From a virus (lineage: Duplodnaviria > Caudoviricetes), in IMG/VR virus record IMGVR_UViG_3300028591_000213, positions 540 to 64,539 of that record: a stretch of 64,000 bases of DNA; one strand, 5' to 3'. The notes under the pieces are model-generated. The model did not search any database and had not been told where the DNA came from. It worked only from the letters and a program-made list of their open reading frames with translations. Below, piece by piece: positions 28,955-39,991 of this stretch. How positions within the stretch are numbered: the first letter of the stretch is position 1; each line of letters begins with the position of its first letter. A program made the position numbers and the translations under genes.

Positions 28955-31900
28955 ATGGCAAAATATATAAAATCATATAGTAATTATGTGCTTAAATCAA
29001 AGCATCAAGATACTTCCAATGGAACTATATTTGAAAGGGATATAACAACCATTGGAGGTAGGGACCAATTTGCTAGAAATCAAGTGCCTATTTATAGAAG
29101 TGGCAATTTTATAATAACTATAAATGGTGATAATGAAAAATATAAAAAGACTTTTTCAAAACCTTGGTATGAAAATGAATCTGGTAAAATATGGAATAAT
29201 GACATACTTAAAAATTATGAAAAAGATGAAAAAGCATCTTTTGATGAGAAATTAGTTATTAAAAAAGATTACTTTGATTTAAGAGATTATGCTTATTATG
29301 GTTCTTGCTCAGAATTAATGAGAGCTTCTATAACGGATATTCTTAAAAAATATCCCGGTGAAATTTTTGTGCCATATAGAAAAGAATTTGAAGGTATAAA
29401 TCAATTTAGTGAGGAGAGAGAAATACAATATGATGAAGATGTAGCCAAATCAGTTTTTGGCGATAATTATAGCACATATCTAAGCGGTTTATATGATACA
29501 TATACATCTTTTGATATAGATACATATTCTTCTACTGAAATTCCATATGAGTATAGATTAACAGAAGAAGAGGAAAAAAATGTGGAGCTAGGAATACCAT
29601 TTACTAGAAGATATGGCCTTTTAACTGATAGCACTGGTAAATATGCCCCATTAACAAGTTGCACAGATACTGAACGTACAAATCCTATAGCAATAGATGT
29701 TGTTGCTATGGATAATCCTTTTGGCATTAACATACACGATAGATTTGTTCCAAAAGGCGCAAATCCATTGAAATATTTTGCCGAAGGAGGTATAGAAAAC
29801 TACGTTGCTTATAAATTTCACGAGTCAGAAGCAGATTATGAAAAAATTGAAGATAAATTTTATGATGGCTCTTGGAATTTAGAAGATGAATATAAAATAG
29901 AAATCATATCTTCTGTTTTTAATGGGTTGGACGAATGTGGAAAAAGTGAAAAAGTTTTTACGGTAAATAATGTAGGAAATTGCGAAGATAATACTGGTAG
30001 CAATAGTATTAGCTTAATGTTATCTGCGTCTACCAAATTTGAGGTAAGTGGAGGAACAACTGAGTATTGTTTATCTCCTGGCAAATATATTGGATATGTT
30101 GAACTTGGTTTTAAAAAGACAAACTATGATTTTTCTGTATCTTCCGGAGAACATGAAGATATTTGCGAAGATGATGATTGCGAAAATGGTATCAAATTCA
30201 CCAATGAGGATGTAAGAGAAACTGTAATAGTAGAATCGCATTCAATAGATAATTTTGATGAAAAACTTAAGATATATTTGTTTGTTGGCCAAGATAAGAA
30301 CATTAAATATTTTGTAGAGAATTTTGGTACTTTAAATAATGAAGGTATAGATAATAGAAATAATTTTGTATGGAGAATAAGGCCAAATAAAAAAATCATT
30401 AACAATTTCTTTAATAATGAGTTAGATTTGTTTGAAAAGATTTTATTAAATAGAAATAGTGACCCAATATATACTTCATATTTTGAGATTGTTGATGAAA
30501 ATAAATTTGGATATTATACTTACACAAAATCATTTACATTCCCAACAACATATGGTGGATATAATTTGGGTTCTAGCGGCCCACTATATTCTCAATTCGT
30601 AAGCGAAATGTCTAAAATTTCTAATTTTTATGATGAGAGATTTAGTGATAACTTATGGCGTTCAATGACGCATGAGGCCATTAAAAATTTCGATTGGACC
30701 GATTCTAAAGAAAAAGCTGATGGCACTAACAAGATACAAAAGACAATAAGGCTATTTGGAAGAGAATTTGATGAAATTAAAAATTATATTTCTGCCATTA
30801 AAAATAACAATAATGTTACATATGATGATGTAAATAACCTACCTGATTATTTCTACACAGATAAATTAGAAGATGAAGGGTGGGATGTTTTTCAAATTAA
30901 GCCATTAATTTTATCTGAATATATAAATGATTTGGATGGAATAACAGCAGATTTGGATAAATTGTTTTGTAGTACTGAGCTTTATTTAATAAATAAAGAT
31001 GGTGAATATGAAAAATGTTCATTGGAAGAAGCAAGAAAAAATAATTGCTTCTATACACTTAAAAATGAAATATCAAAGAAATATACCATTAAAAGAAATT
31101 TCATCGGACAATTTGATGATACTTATATAACACCTTATTCAAAAGACATTATAACAGGAATTAGAGTAATAAAGGAAGAGGGCGAAGATACAGAATATTC
31201 TTTTGGCTTTCCTGACTTTAGTGGTAATTCTTGCATTATTGATGGCGGTATTAATGTTGACGTTACATTTAAGAATGGAGAAAAGGTTGCAAATGGCTAT
31301 CATAACAATTGCGGAAATTTGATAAAGATATATTCGAACGAAAATAAATATACTCCTTCTGATGTTAATACCGAATTCATGAAAAGGTTAATTATGAATA
31401 GTAGGGATTTATTATCGCATAAAGGAACTATTGATGGTATGGAAATGATGCTTTCTCTGTTTGGCCTAAAGAGCAAAAATTTTGTATTTAAAAATGAAAC
31501 ATATTTCAAATGTAAATCAGTAAGTGGAGAAACAACATTAGAATTAACTAGTGGCGATACTTGGAATAATGGAGAAAGATATTATAATATTAATGATTTG
31601 GATAAAATATATGATTATGACATAAAAGAATATTCAATGTTTACAACATATATTGAAGATGAATATCTGCCAGAAAAAGATATGTTTAGAATTGATTGGA
31701 TAAATTCCAAAAAATTAATGACTTATAATACAGATGATTTTAAAAATGGAATTTATATAGATTATCAAGGTTTACCAGTTTCATTTGAAAATGAATATGT
31801 AGTTAATGAAGATAATGAAATGGTAGTTACTGGTAGAAAATTATATCCTCATTTTGAAAGCACTGCAATTTATGATGGAAACCCATACTACCAAATGAAT

Positions 31901-33310
31901 GGTGGGTGGCTTCAAAAAAGGCCTTTTGCTTTTGATTTAGATAATAATATTATATCAGAGGATAATGAATCTAACAGTAGAAAAAATAAAGCATTATTTA
32001 CTGAAACTGTTAGAAATATATACTGTGTAAATAATTTACAAAGTCTATTAACAGACGTTACTGTTGGAGGAAAACAGGGCGATATTATACAAGTATTAGA
32101 TATATCCGGAAGATATGCTATTGTTGATGGAATCGTGTATCAATTGTTAAGCGAGAGTGATTCTCAAAAAGGAGAAAGCTTTTTCTATGCCACAGTTGCT
32201 GATAATTCAGTAGTAATAGGAAAAACATTGTTCACTGATTATGTTATAATTAGCAATCCATATGTGGATGATAAAAAACAAACAATAAATTTAAATGGAG
32301 GCTATTATAGCAATAAAAAAATCAAAGTCTATGTTTTAGAAAGCTATAATGAAACTGGAGATAAAATATATTCAATGGATGCATATTCGAGTGACGCATC
32401 AATAAGCACGTTTACTGTTTTTGAAAATGGTAAATACATGAGCGGAGATACTTATACAAATTATTTCATGCTTAATAATCCTGATTTTAGGGGAGAATTA
32501 AGTATGTTAGGATGGCAGCAGCTTAAAGAAGATGAGTTTGAATATTATAAATTAAATGCAATTGAAAATTATTATAATGGCAATAATCCTCATTATGGGC
32601 ATATGAATTATGATAATGGTCACGAATATTTGACATATTTTTCTCAGTTGTTTAAACATTCAATAAATAATAATTTATTGGACTATAGACAATTTAAAGG
32701 AAGTGATTATGATATATTAGATGAAATTGTTGATGAAGATGGCAGTATTATAAGAGACAGTTATAGAAATATAGGATTTAAAAATTTAATTGATACTGAC
32801 GAAACTTGTAATATAGATTACGACAAATATTTAAGATTGGATAATAAATGCCACTTTTTTGGCTCATTTATAGAGAGACAAGAGTCACCTAAATTTGTAG
32901 AGAAAAATGCTATTTGCAACCCATTTAAAAAACGTAGTTTGAACGATGATACAGAAATAAATAGTGACGTTGCTTCATATAATATATCGGATATTATAAG
33001 GAAAAATTATATCAATTCTTCATCGAGCAATATTAAAATTGAGGATTTAAGATATGCAAAAATAAATGAGGCCATAGGTGAGGATGGTTTGGAAAATGAT
33101 GATTCATTTGCTGAAAAAGTAAATGGCATTACTGACCAAATAGTAAACACAAAAAGGATGGAGATAGATTTCTTCATAAGAGGCCATAAAGAATATACAA
33201 AAGAATGGCTTGAAGAGGTTAAGTATATAGACTCTATAGTAATGCCTTATTTAACACAAATGATGCCCTCTAATGTCATATGCAGGGTAAACTATAAAAC
33301 AGTTGTTTAA
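28955..33310 (+). CDS. Large baseplate/tail structural protein
   Basis: 1451 aa; HKGTIDGMEMMLSLFG resembles the KGT..G...LL..FG motif of baseplate wedge / tail-I-like proteins. Confidence 0.6.
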   Translation: MAKYIKSYSNYVLKSKHQDTSNGTIFERDITTIGGRDQFARNQVPIYRSGNFIITINGDNEKYKKTFSKPWYENESGKIWNNDILKNYEKDEKASFDEKLVIKKDYFDLRDYAYYGSCSELMRASITDILKKYPGEIFVPYRKEFEGINQFSEEREIQYDEDVAKSVFGDNYSTYLSGLYDTYTSFDIDTYSSTEIPYEYRLTEEEEKNVELGIPFTRRYGLLTDSTGKYAPLTSCTDTERTNPIAIDVVAMDNPFGINIHDRFVPKGANPLKYFAEGGIENYVAYKFHESEADYEKIEDKFYDGSWNLEDEYKIEIISSVFNGLDECGKSEKVFTVNNVGNCEDNTGSNSISLMLSASTKFEVSGGTTEYCLSPGKYIGYVELGFKKTNYDFSVSSGEHEDICEDDDCENGIKFTNEDVRETVIVESHSIDNFDEKLKIYLFVGQDKNIKYFVENFGTLNNEGIDNRNNFVWRIRPNKKIINNFFNNELDLFEKILLNRNSDPIYTSYFEIVDENKFGYYTYTKSFTFPTTYGGYNLGSSGPLYSQFVSEMSKISNFYDERFSDNLWRSMTHEAIKNFDWTDSKEKADGTNKIQKTIRLFGREFDEIKNYISAIKNNNNVTYDDVNNLPDYFYTDKLEDEGWDVFQIKPLILSEYINDLDGITADLDKLFCSTELYLINKDGEYEKCSLEEARKNNCFYTLKNEISKKYTIKRNFIGQFDDTYITPYSKDIITGIRVIKEEGEDTEYSFGFPDFSGNSCIIDGGINVDVTFKNGEKVANGYHNNCGNLIKIYSNENKYTPSDVNTEFMKRLIMNSRDLLSHKGTIDGMEMMLSLFGLKSKNFVFKNETYFKCKSVSGETTLELTSGDTWNNGERYYNINDLDKIYDYDIKEYSMFTTYIEDEYLPEKDMFRIDWINSKKLMTYNTDDFKNGIYIDYQGLPVSFENEYVVNEDNEMVVTGRKLYPHFESTAIYDGNPYYQMNGGWLQKRPFAFDLDNNIISEDNESNSRKNKALFTETVRNIYCVNNLQSLLTDVTVGGKQGDIIQVLDISGRYAIVDGIVYQLLSESDSQKGESFFYATVADNSVVIGKTLFTDYVIISNPYVDDKKQTINLNGGYYSNKKIKVYVLESYNETGDKIYSMDAYSSDASISTFTVFENGKYMSGDTYTNYFMLNNPDFRGELSMLGWQQLKEDEFEYYKLNAIENYYNGNNPHYGHMNYDNGHEYLTYFSQLFKHSINNNLLDYRQFKGSDYDILDEIVDEDGSIIRDSYRNIGFKNLIDTDETCNIDYDKYLRLDNKCHFFGSFIERQESPKFVEKNAICNPFKKRSLNDDTEINSDVASYNISDIIRKNYINSSSSNIKIEDLRYAKINEAIGEDGLENDDSFAEKVNGITDQIVNTKRMEIDFFIRGHKEYTKEWLEEVKYIDSIVMPYLTQMMPSNVICRVNYKTVV

Positions 33311-33315
33311 TTGCT

Positions 33316-33585
33316 ATGAATAGAACCGGATGGAACGCAGTAATATATGATGTAGATTGGGCAAGATTTGCATCAGGACAAGAAGGGATTGCTGTCTATA
33401 AGGATGGCAAAGAATGCGAAACAATTGATGAACAGGCCAACAAGGTAATTATAGAAGCCAATGTGAATGATAGCATTATCGATAATGTTGGCCACATACT
33501 TTTTAAGCAAAAAGGAAGCAATAATACATTTATAATATGTATAAAAGCTGTTAATGATGGAAATATAGCAATAAATGTACCATGA
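33316..33585 (+). CDS. Small hypothetical protein, possible beta-sandwich
   Basis: 89-aa ORF coupled to the next gene. Confidence 0.5.
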   Translation: MNRTGWNAVIYDVDWARFASGQEGIAVYKDGKECETIDEQANKVIIEANVNDSIIDNVGHILFKQKGSNNTFIICIKAVNDGNIAINVP

Positions 33586-34112
33586 ACATATTTAAAGCAG
33601 AATTAATAACAGATAGCGCAGCAATCTCTATAATTTCAAATACCACTTGGGAAGCTTTTGCCATTGGAAATTTTAAATTATCTAAATATTATGGCAAAGG
33701 TAATGATTCTATTGATATAATTATACCTGATGATATATATTTGGCAGAGGGATATGTTTATTTTAAATATGGCGACGAAAAATGTATTTATCCAAATTTA
33801 TATGCTACCATAACAAATAAATGTTTTACTAAAACAATACCAAATTATACAATATGTGATGTAAATGGTGAAAAGAGAAAAACAATTTTTTTATATTATA
33901 ATGATGATAAGGAAATACTTGAACTTCAATTTTCACCAAATATGAAAGAATGGAGTATTGCTGATAATAGATTTTTAATTTTTAATACCCTCGAAAACAA
34001 GCTTATAATTGTTTCTGATGGAAATGACGGAGAAATTGAAATTAAAATAGGCCAAGAAGATTCATACTGTGATTCATTATTTGTCAAAATAGTTAAGAAT
34101 CCTAACCTTTAG
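33582..34112 (+). CDS. BACON-like domain protein
   Basis: ISNTTWEA...LSKYYGKGNDSIDIII resembles the BACON W..S....GxG pattern. Confidence 0.45.
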   Translation: MNIFKAELITDSAAISIISNTTWEAFAIGNFKLSKYYGKGNDSIDIIIPDDIYLAEGYVYFKYGDEKCIYPNLYATITNKCFTKTIPNYTICDVNGEKRKTIFLYYNDDKEILELQFSPNMKEWSIADNRFLIFNTLENKLIIVSDGNDGEIEIKIGQEDSYCDSLFVKIVKNPNL

Positions 34113-34936
34113 TAGTTGGTTAGGATTTCTTTGTTATTATCTATATCTTCTGGTGATTCAATTTCAAATCGATAAAGGGAATATTCCGTTGGTAAATCTA
34201 CAAATTTATAAGTTCCATTTTCAATATCCCATGATGCAAAGCCATGTTGCGTGACTGTTTCTCCAAAATTTTGCTGTATTAATGAGCCTGGATATACTAT
34301 GGTATATGTTTTTCCTTTTATTTCTTGTCTTTTATGTATATCTCCCGCCATTACTATTTTGCAACCATCAAAAATGTCTTCACTAATTCCACTATCCATT
34401 TTCGTGCCATTATTTAATAATGAGCCTACTATTGGCCCGTGAAATAAGCCCACAATAGTATTTTCTGGATAATTCTTTTTTATTTGCTCAATATCCGGCC
34501 TTCGATAATCAGAAAATATGGAATATAGTGCCCATGTGATATTTTCATCTACTAACGTTCCACTTTCATATCCAAAATACTTATCCAAATAAATTGCATT
34601 TTTAAATTCTGCGGCAGTAAATATGGCAGATAAAGTATCTACCCTATTTTTATTATCAACCAATAAGTCATGGTTTCCACTGATGACGATAACTTTTCCT
34701 ATTTTTTCTAATTTTCTAATCCACGTGCAAATAAATGATATTAATTCATTACTTATTGTTATTTTGGAATGACATATATCTCCAGAAATAACAATTCTAA
34801 TTTCATCGTAATTTAACCCTTTTACTTCTTCATTTATTTTATCGTTTAAAATTTCCAATTGATTTGTATATTCTTCCAACCTTTGAAAATTTCTTATATG
34901 CACGTCTGCAAGATGTATTACTTTTTTAATGCTCAT
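34109..34936 (-). CDS. sbcD: SbcD/Mre11-like metallophosphoesterase nuclease (T4 gp47-like)
   Basis: HLADVH, ISGDICH, SGNHD, GLFHGPI, MAGDIHKRQ, YPGSLIQQNFGE; start MSIKKV at 34936 (the ORF-track extension to 35335 overlaps another gene). Confidence 0.9.
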   Translation of the reverse strand: MSIKKVIHLADVHIRNFQRLEEYTNQLEILNDKINEEVKGLNYDEIRIVISGDICHSKITISNELISFICTWIRKLEKIGKVIVISGNHDLLVDNKNRVDTLSAIFTAAEFKNAIYLDKYFGYESGTLVDENITWALYSIFSDYRRPDIEQIKKNYPENTIVGLFHGPIVGSLLNNGTKMDSGISEDIFDGCKIVMAGDIHKRQEIKGKTYTIVYPGSLIQQNFGETVTQHGFASWDIENGTYKFVDLPTEYSLYRFEIESPEDIDNNKEILTNY

Positions 34937-34956
34937 TTTGATATATATTTTCAGGG

Positions 34957-34964
34957 CAAATATA
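34957..34964 (-). promoter_or_regulatory. Bacteroidota-type -7 promoter box for the sbcD-like gene
   Basis: Reverse strand tttttttgTATATTTG, 20 nt upstream of the 34936 start. Confidence 0.55.
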
Positions 34965-35015
34965 CAAAAAAAATATTTAAAAACAAAATATTTATTATAA
35001 AATGTTTTTAAAATA

Positions 35016-36869
35016 ATGACAAATGATATATGGTCAGCACATACTGACACTGAATGGATTAAATTTAATAATGGTTTAAATGATATATCAGGAGATTCTG
35101 AAAGTAGCTTTTCCATAGATATAGATTCTGCCTCAAATATAAATGATGAGCAGTTTGGAAAGGTATATCTATATTCCAATGGAAATACCACCGAAAAAAC
35201 AATCGTTAGATGCGTGCCAAAATTAATAAGCCAAACAGCTGAATTAACATTTTTAGGAAATGGAACAGCTCCATTATGTGGAACAACCGGTGGAACAGCA
35301 TTATCATATTTTAACTTAAGCAATATATTAATCACATATAAAAGGCTAATATTAACTCCAGGAGATGATGCCCCGCACGAAGAAATAGTAGAAGAGCATT
35401 TTGATAATGCTGATAATTTCTTAAAGTTTTTTGTGATTGATAATATGACATATTATGTAAATGATATTCCATCCAATGTTGGTCAAAAAAGAAATGTATA
35501 CTTGGTTCTTCAATATTCATTAAACCCATCAATCGTGAGTGAACCAACTTTAATTGGCAAGCAAGCAGGATTATATAATATGTTTGGCATAGATATGGAT
35601 GCCATATGCGAAACTGGACGTACTGAAACAAGACACGAATATAGCAATTTCTATATAGATATAGATTTTCAGAATAGTGGCATTAATGAAGAAGATACTG
35701 AACTTATTGATAATGTTAGAATTGTTAGCGCTCATAGTTCTTCAGAAATAGTAGAAGGGTTGGTGGAATCATTTAATGGCTTTAAAACATATGTAAGAGC
35801 AAGAAAGTACATAGGGCCTAAAACTGGTAAAACATGTTGTGACCCCAAAATTGAAGTACAATTAGACATAGGAAGGTACATAAATTGTATGGATTGCAAT
35901 TATGACGTTAATTATTCAACAATAAGTACAATCGATAATAATTTAGCTTCTTATTTTAGCGACAATTCTACAACGTTATATTTTTACAGAAATACAAGTC
36001 ATTCAATAACAAAAAATATACTTGTGACAGCTCGCTTAGTAGATGAAGAATATAATGTAAGAGTGGATTCTTATAGAAGAATAAAATTCTTAGTTCCACC
36101 AGATATAAACGGTCCGGGATATGAAAATATATTACTTAATTTGGAATCAAATTATAGTGAATTAGAATATAATGAAAATCTAATATCATTTATATGGTTT
36201 TTAACAAAAAATCCTGAATATATAGGATATGAACCAGGCACACTTTCGTCCGTGGAAGACGAAACAATAGAGACCTTTAAAAAATCAATGTCCGGCAGCG
36301 TATTTATAACAATTGATGGCCTTGTAAGAGAACCAAGAATAACTTATATTGCACGTTCAGGCATTTTTCAAGTAGTTAATTATAATGTTGGAAATAATTT
36401 AACAACATCAGATAGAATAATAAAAATGTCAGTTAATAACTGTTTCTTAGCATCTAATCCGAATAAAGAAATAACAATTATACAACATAAGGTTAAATTA
36501 TATACACATGCATATATAACATACCAAGAAAATATATATACCGGAAAAGATGAAGATATTCCAACAATGCCATTGTCAGGAGGAATTGCTTATATACAAT
36601 ATTTTGTATCAGAAACAGAAAATATAAATAAAAATGGAGTGTTTTCAGTTTATTCATTTAAAAAACAAATAGTTACAAATAATCTTTCGCATGAATGCCC
36701 AAATGGTGTAACATGCGAGGCAGATGAAGGGAATGATATTAAGATGTTCAAAGTTGAAGTGCCAGCAGTATTAGGCGGCTCTGATACAGATTTTGAATTT
36801 ACACTATCATGTAATGGATATTCTAATCCATATACAGTTAAAATAACGAGAAAAAATTTGACAGCTTAA
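35016..36869 (+). CDS. Tail-associated protein with N-terminal BACON-like domain
   Basis: IWSAHTDTEWIKF..ISGDSESSFSIDI at the N-terminus; beta-rich sequence. Confidence 0.5.
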   Translation: MTNDIWSAHTDTEWIKFNNGLNDISGDSESSFSIDIDSASNINDEQFGKVYLYSNGNTTEKTIVRCVPKLISQTAELTFLGNGTAPLCGTTGGTALSYFNLSNILITYKRLILTPGDDAPHEEIVEEHFDNADNFLKFFVIDNMTYYVNDIPSNVGQKRNVYLVLQYSLNPSIVSEPTLIGKQAGLYNMFGIDMDAICETGRTETRHEYSNFYIDIDFQNSGINEEDTELIDNVRIVSAHSSSEIVEGLVESFNGFKTYVRARKYIGPKTGKTCCDPKIEVQLDIGRYINCMDCNYDVNYSTISTIDNNLASYFSDNSTTLYFYRNTSHSITKNILVTARLVDEEYNVRVDSYRRIKFLVPPDINGPGYENILLNLESNYSELEYNENLISFIWFLTKNPEYIGYEPGTLSSVEDETIETFKKSMSGSVFITIDGLVREPRITYIARSGIFQVVNYNVGNNLTTSDRIIKMSVNNCFLASNPNKEITIIQHKVKLYTHAYITYQENIYTGKDEDIPTMPLSGGIAYIQYFVSETENINKNGVFSVYSFKKQIVTNNLSHECPNGVTCEADEGNDIKMFKVEVPAVLGGSDTDFEFTLSCNGYSNPYTVKITRKNLTA

Positions 36870-36873
36870 AAAT

Positions 36874-37851
36874 ATGGAGACATTAGAAAACATTGTATGG
36901 AGTGCATCGTCTGATTGTGAGTGGGTGAATATTTCGCCTAACCATGGAACTGGTAATACATCAATAGAAATATCTTCTAAAAATGACGCAGAGTGGTATG
37001 AGAATGATGAATGTGTAATAACATTTAGAGATGTAAACAATCAAGAATTTTCAGCACAAACTTGCTTTAAAAGAATTAGAAAAGAATTTAGTTGCAATAA
37101 TATATATACAGATGGAGGAAGTGAATATATTGTTTTTCCCTATAGCGCCAGTGGAGAGACATTATTATTTACAATTAATAAACCTTATTTAAATAATAGT
37201 TATTCTGGATATATTGAAGGCGAATGGATAAACAATTTAACATTCACAGAAATAGAAAACGATATTATTGAAGTAAAAGCAACACTTTCACAAAATAGTA
37301 CTGAAAATGAACGAGAGGCTTCTATAGTAATAACAGTTAGTGGGCTAAATGAAACATATGCATGTACAAGAATAATTTCTCAAAGCGCACAAGGCTGTGA
37401 CTGTACTAAGTTAACTATAACTGAATCAGATACAGGGAATTGTGATTGTAGTAGCGTAACATTTGCTGATTGCACAATTGAAACATGTGAATGCCATTAC
37501 AGTTTGACAAACTTAAATGATATAACTCTTGAATATACCGGAGGTACTGTAACATTTAATCCTATTTTAGTAAAAGAAAATTGCTTAAACGAAGAAGAAA
37601 TAGTATTAACCACATTTAATGGCGGATGCTCATCGTCAATAGAAAATATTGCCATAACCACAACACCTGCCTCTGCTATCACAATAAATAATGCTTATGT
37701 GGACGGAAATAATATTAAAGCAACGGTAACTAGTGATTCAATATATGAAACAATAGATGCTATTATTAAATTCGATATGGGTGTTAGCTTTAATAATGAA
37801 CGTAAAGTAACGTGTTATGGTAACTTTAAAATTAATACCAGACCAAAGTAA
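36874..37851 (+). CDS. BACON-domain protein
   Basis: WSASSDCEWVNISPNHGTGNTSIEIS and NSTENEREASIVITV are typical BACON signatures; Cys-rich linker. Confidence 0.65.
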   Translation: METLENIVWSASSDCEWVNISPNHGTGNTSIEISSKNDAEWYENDECVITFRDVNNQEFSAQTCFKRIRKEFSCNNIYTDGGSEYIVFPYSASGETLLFTINKPYLNNSYSGYIEGEWINNLTFTEIENDIIEVKATLSQNSTENEREASIVITVSGLNETYACTRIISQSAQGCDCTKLTITESDTGNCDCSSVTFADCTIETCECHYSLTNLNDITLEYTGGTVTFNPILVKENCLNEEEIVLTTFNGGCSSSIENIAITTTPASAITINNAYVDGNNIKATVTSDSIYETIDAIIKFDMGVSFNNERKVTCYGNFKINTRPK

Positions 37852-37971
37852 AATAACTATTTTATAAAATATATACAGATGATTGTTTCCTTTTGTTTTT
37901 TATATGATAAATGCCACGCAAATAATACCTTTCTTAAAAGGTGTAATATTTATATATAAAAATACTTATAT

Positions 37972-39039
37972 ATGGAACAAATACATTATATTTACAAAAT
38001 TACATTTTTAAAAGGTAGCCTTAAAGGGTTCTATTATATTGGTAAGAGAACATCAGTGATAAGAAAAAAGAAAATGGAATGGGCTAATTTCTCAGACCCA
38101 ATAGAGTGGGCTAAAAATGATGTTATGTTTGATAACTACGCGGGTTCAGGGAAAATACCGAGAGATTACTTCAAAAAATATGGCAAAGAGTTTGGAATTA
38201 CTTTCAATAAAGAAATTATTCTTTTTTCTAAAACATTTGAAAAAAATGCTTTATCTGAGGAAAATATTATAGGTGATAAATATAAATCTGACCCAAAATG
38301 TGTTAATTTAGTTAGGGGAGGAATGTGTGGAGACTCTAGTAAAATGTCTGACAAAGAGCGTAAAACAAAATTCAAAAGAGTTCTTACAGAAGATGGAAGA
38401 AAAAGATTATCTGAATTTCATAAAGAAAGATGCTCTAAAATTCCTATGCCATGGAAAGGTAAAAAGTTAACAGACAAAGAAAAGGAACAAATTTCTAAAA
38501 AACTAAAAGAATATTTTAAAACACATAAAGCGCCTCTACTTGGAAAACATCTTTCTGAAGAAACAAAAGAAAAACTTTCTAAATCTTTAAAGGAGTTTTA
38601 TATTAAAAATCCAGATAGAAGGCCTTTTGGTAGAAAACCAACTGAAAGGTCTAAAATGCTGAATAGTAAGACTCATAAAGAACTATGGAAAAATAAAGAA
38701 TATCGTGAAAAAATGATAAGTTCTTTAAAAAAGTATTGGGCCACGCACGATTCACCAATTATTGGCACTCACTTGACAGAAGAAAGAAAAAAGAAATTAA
38801 GTGAATATTTTAAAGGTAGGCCAAATTATAAAAACAAAGGAGAAAATAATGGTATGTATGGAAAAATTCCGGCTAACGCTAAAAAAGTTATACAATTAAC
38901 AGAAGAAGATGTATTTATAAAAGAATGGAATTCAATAAGTGAAGCATCTAGAACTCTAAAATTACACTCTTCAAACATATTTAAAGTGTGTGTTGGCGAA
39001 AGAAAAACTTGTGGAGGCTTTCATTGGAAATATAAATAA
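37972..39039 (+). CDS. Free-standing GIY-YIG (Seg-like) homing endonuclease with NUMOD3 repeats and C-terminal NUMOD1 HTH
   Basis: YIYKIT...YYIGKR, YAGSGK, repeats GKKLTDKEKEQIS / GKHLSEETKEKLS / GTHLTEERKKKLS, KKVIQL...KEWNSISEA...CGGFHWKY. Confidence 0.85.
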   Translation: MEQIHYIYKITFLKGSLKGFYYIGKRTSVIRKKKMEWANFSDPIEWAKNDVMFDNYAGSGKIPRDYFKKYGKEFGITFNKEIILFSKTFEKNALSEENIIGDKYKSDPKCVNLVRGGMCGDSSKMSDKERKTKFKRVLTEDGRKRLSEFHKERCSKIPMPWKGKKLTDKEKEQISKKLKEYFKTHKAPLLGKHLSEETKEKLSKSLKEFYIKNPDRRPFGRKPTERSKMLNSKTHKELWKNKEYREKMISSLKKYWATHDSPIIGTHLTEERKKKLSEYFKGRPNYKNKGENNGMYGKIPANAKKVIQLTEEDVFIKEWNSISEASRTLKLHSSNIFKVCVGERKTCGGFHWKYK

Positions 39040-39060
39040 TTTTTTTTAATTGACTATATT

Positions 39061-39708
39061 ATGATAATTCTTATCGATGCGGGACACGGAAGTGATTCTG
39101 AATCACGGGGCAAGTATAGCCCTTTATTGGATGAAACTATTAATGTAAGTGAAAAATTTACAAATGGAAATAGGTTTAGAGAATGGAAATATAACAGGGA
39201 AATTGCATGGAATGTCTATAAAAACCTAAAAGCATTGGGATATGATGCAAGATTATTAGTACCAGAAGATACTGATACTTCATTATCCGAAAGAATAAGA
39301 AGGGTTAATACTTTATGCAATAAATATGGTGCTGAAAATGTTTTACTTATATCGGTGCACTCAAATGCCGTTGGCAATGGCACAGAATGGATGACAGGAA
39401 AAGGTTGGGAAGCATATACAACAAGGGGTAAAACAAAATCAGACAAATTGGCAGATTGTTTATATGCCAAGGCTAAAGAAAATTTTGGAGATAGAAAAAT
39501 AAGAACAGATTGGAGCGATGGAGATATAGATAAAGAAGCTGACTTCTATATAATAAAAAAATCTAAATGTCCAGCAGTTTTAACTGAAAACTTTTTCTAT
39601 GATAATAAAGATGATTTAAAATATTTAACATCAGAAGATGGCGTGAGAGCCGTTGTTAGAACCCATGTATATGGAATAATTGATTACCTAAATTTAATAA
39701 AAAAATAA
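39061..39708 (+). CDS. N-acetylmuramoyl-L-alanine amidase (Amidase_3), probable endolysin
   Basis: ILIDAGHG, catalytic E (FREW), ISVHSNA, PAVLTENFF. Confidence 0.9.
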   Translation: MIILIDAGHGSDSESRGKYSPLLDETINVSEKFTNGNRFREWKYNREIAWNVYKNLKALGYDARLLVPEDTDTSLSERIRRVNTLCNKYGAENVLLISVHSNAVGNGTEWMTGKGWEAYTTRGKTKSDKLADCLYAKAKENFGDRKIRTDWSDGDIDKEADFYIIKKSKCPAVLTENFFYDNKDDLKYLTSEDGVRAVVRTHVYGIIDYLNLIKK

Positions 39709-39991
39709 AAAGTATTATGCGCGAAAAATATAGTGAAGAAAATGTAACATGGTCATATATTGAAAAATATGTACCATATATTAAAACAATTTGGTCAATG
39801 CAAAAAAATGGCATACCAAAATATACCTTTATAATTGAAGAGAAAAACTAAAATAAATAGGGAACGATATGCCTGTTGATACAAGTTCCCTTTTCTGAAA
39901 AAATATACAAAAATGAGGAATTTGCATAAACAATTCCTCATTTTTTTTGCATATCTACTGATATTTATATATAAATAAAATTAAAGATTAT

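Noticed and set aside
12001-33310. Alternative genetic code (TAG reassigned, as in Lak and some crAss-like phages)
   Set aside because: ORFs of 1000-1450 codons are uninterrupted under code 11, and TAG appears only at plausible gene ends
34937-35335. ORF-track N-terminal extension of the sbcD-like gene
   Set aside because: It overlaps the 35016 gene antisense and crosses an AT-rich promoter region; the phosphoesterase motif begins just after Met at 34936
39717-39851. 44-codon ORF after the amidase as a holin or spanin
   Set aside because: No transmembrane segment or lipobox; too short to support a call
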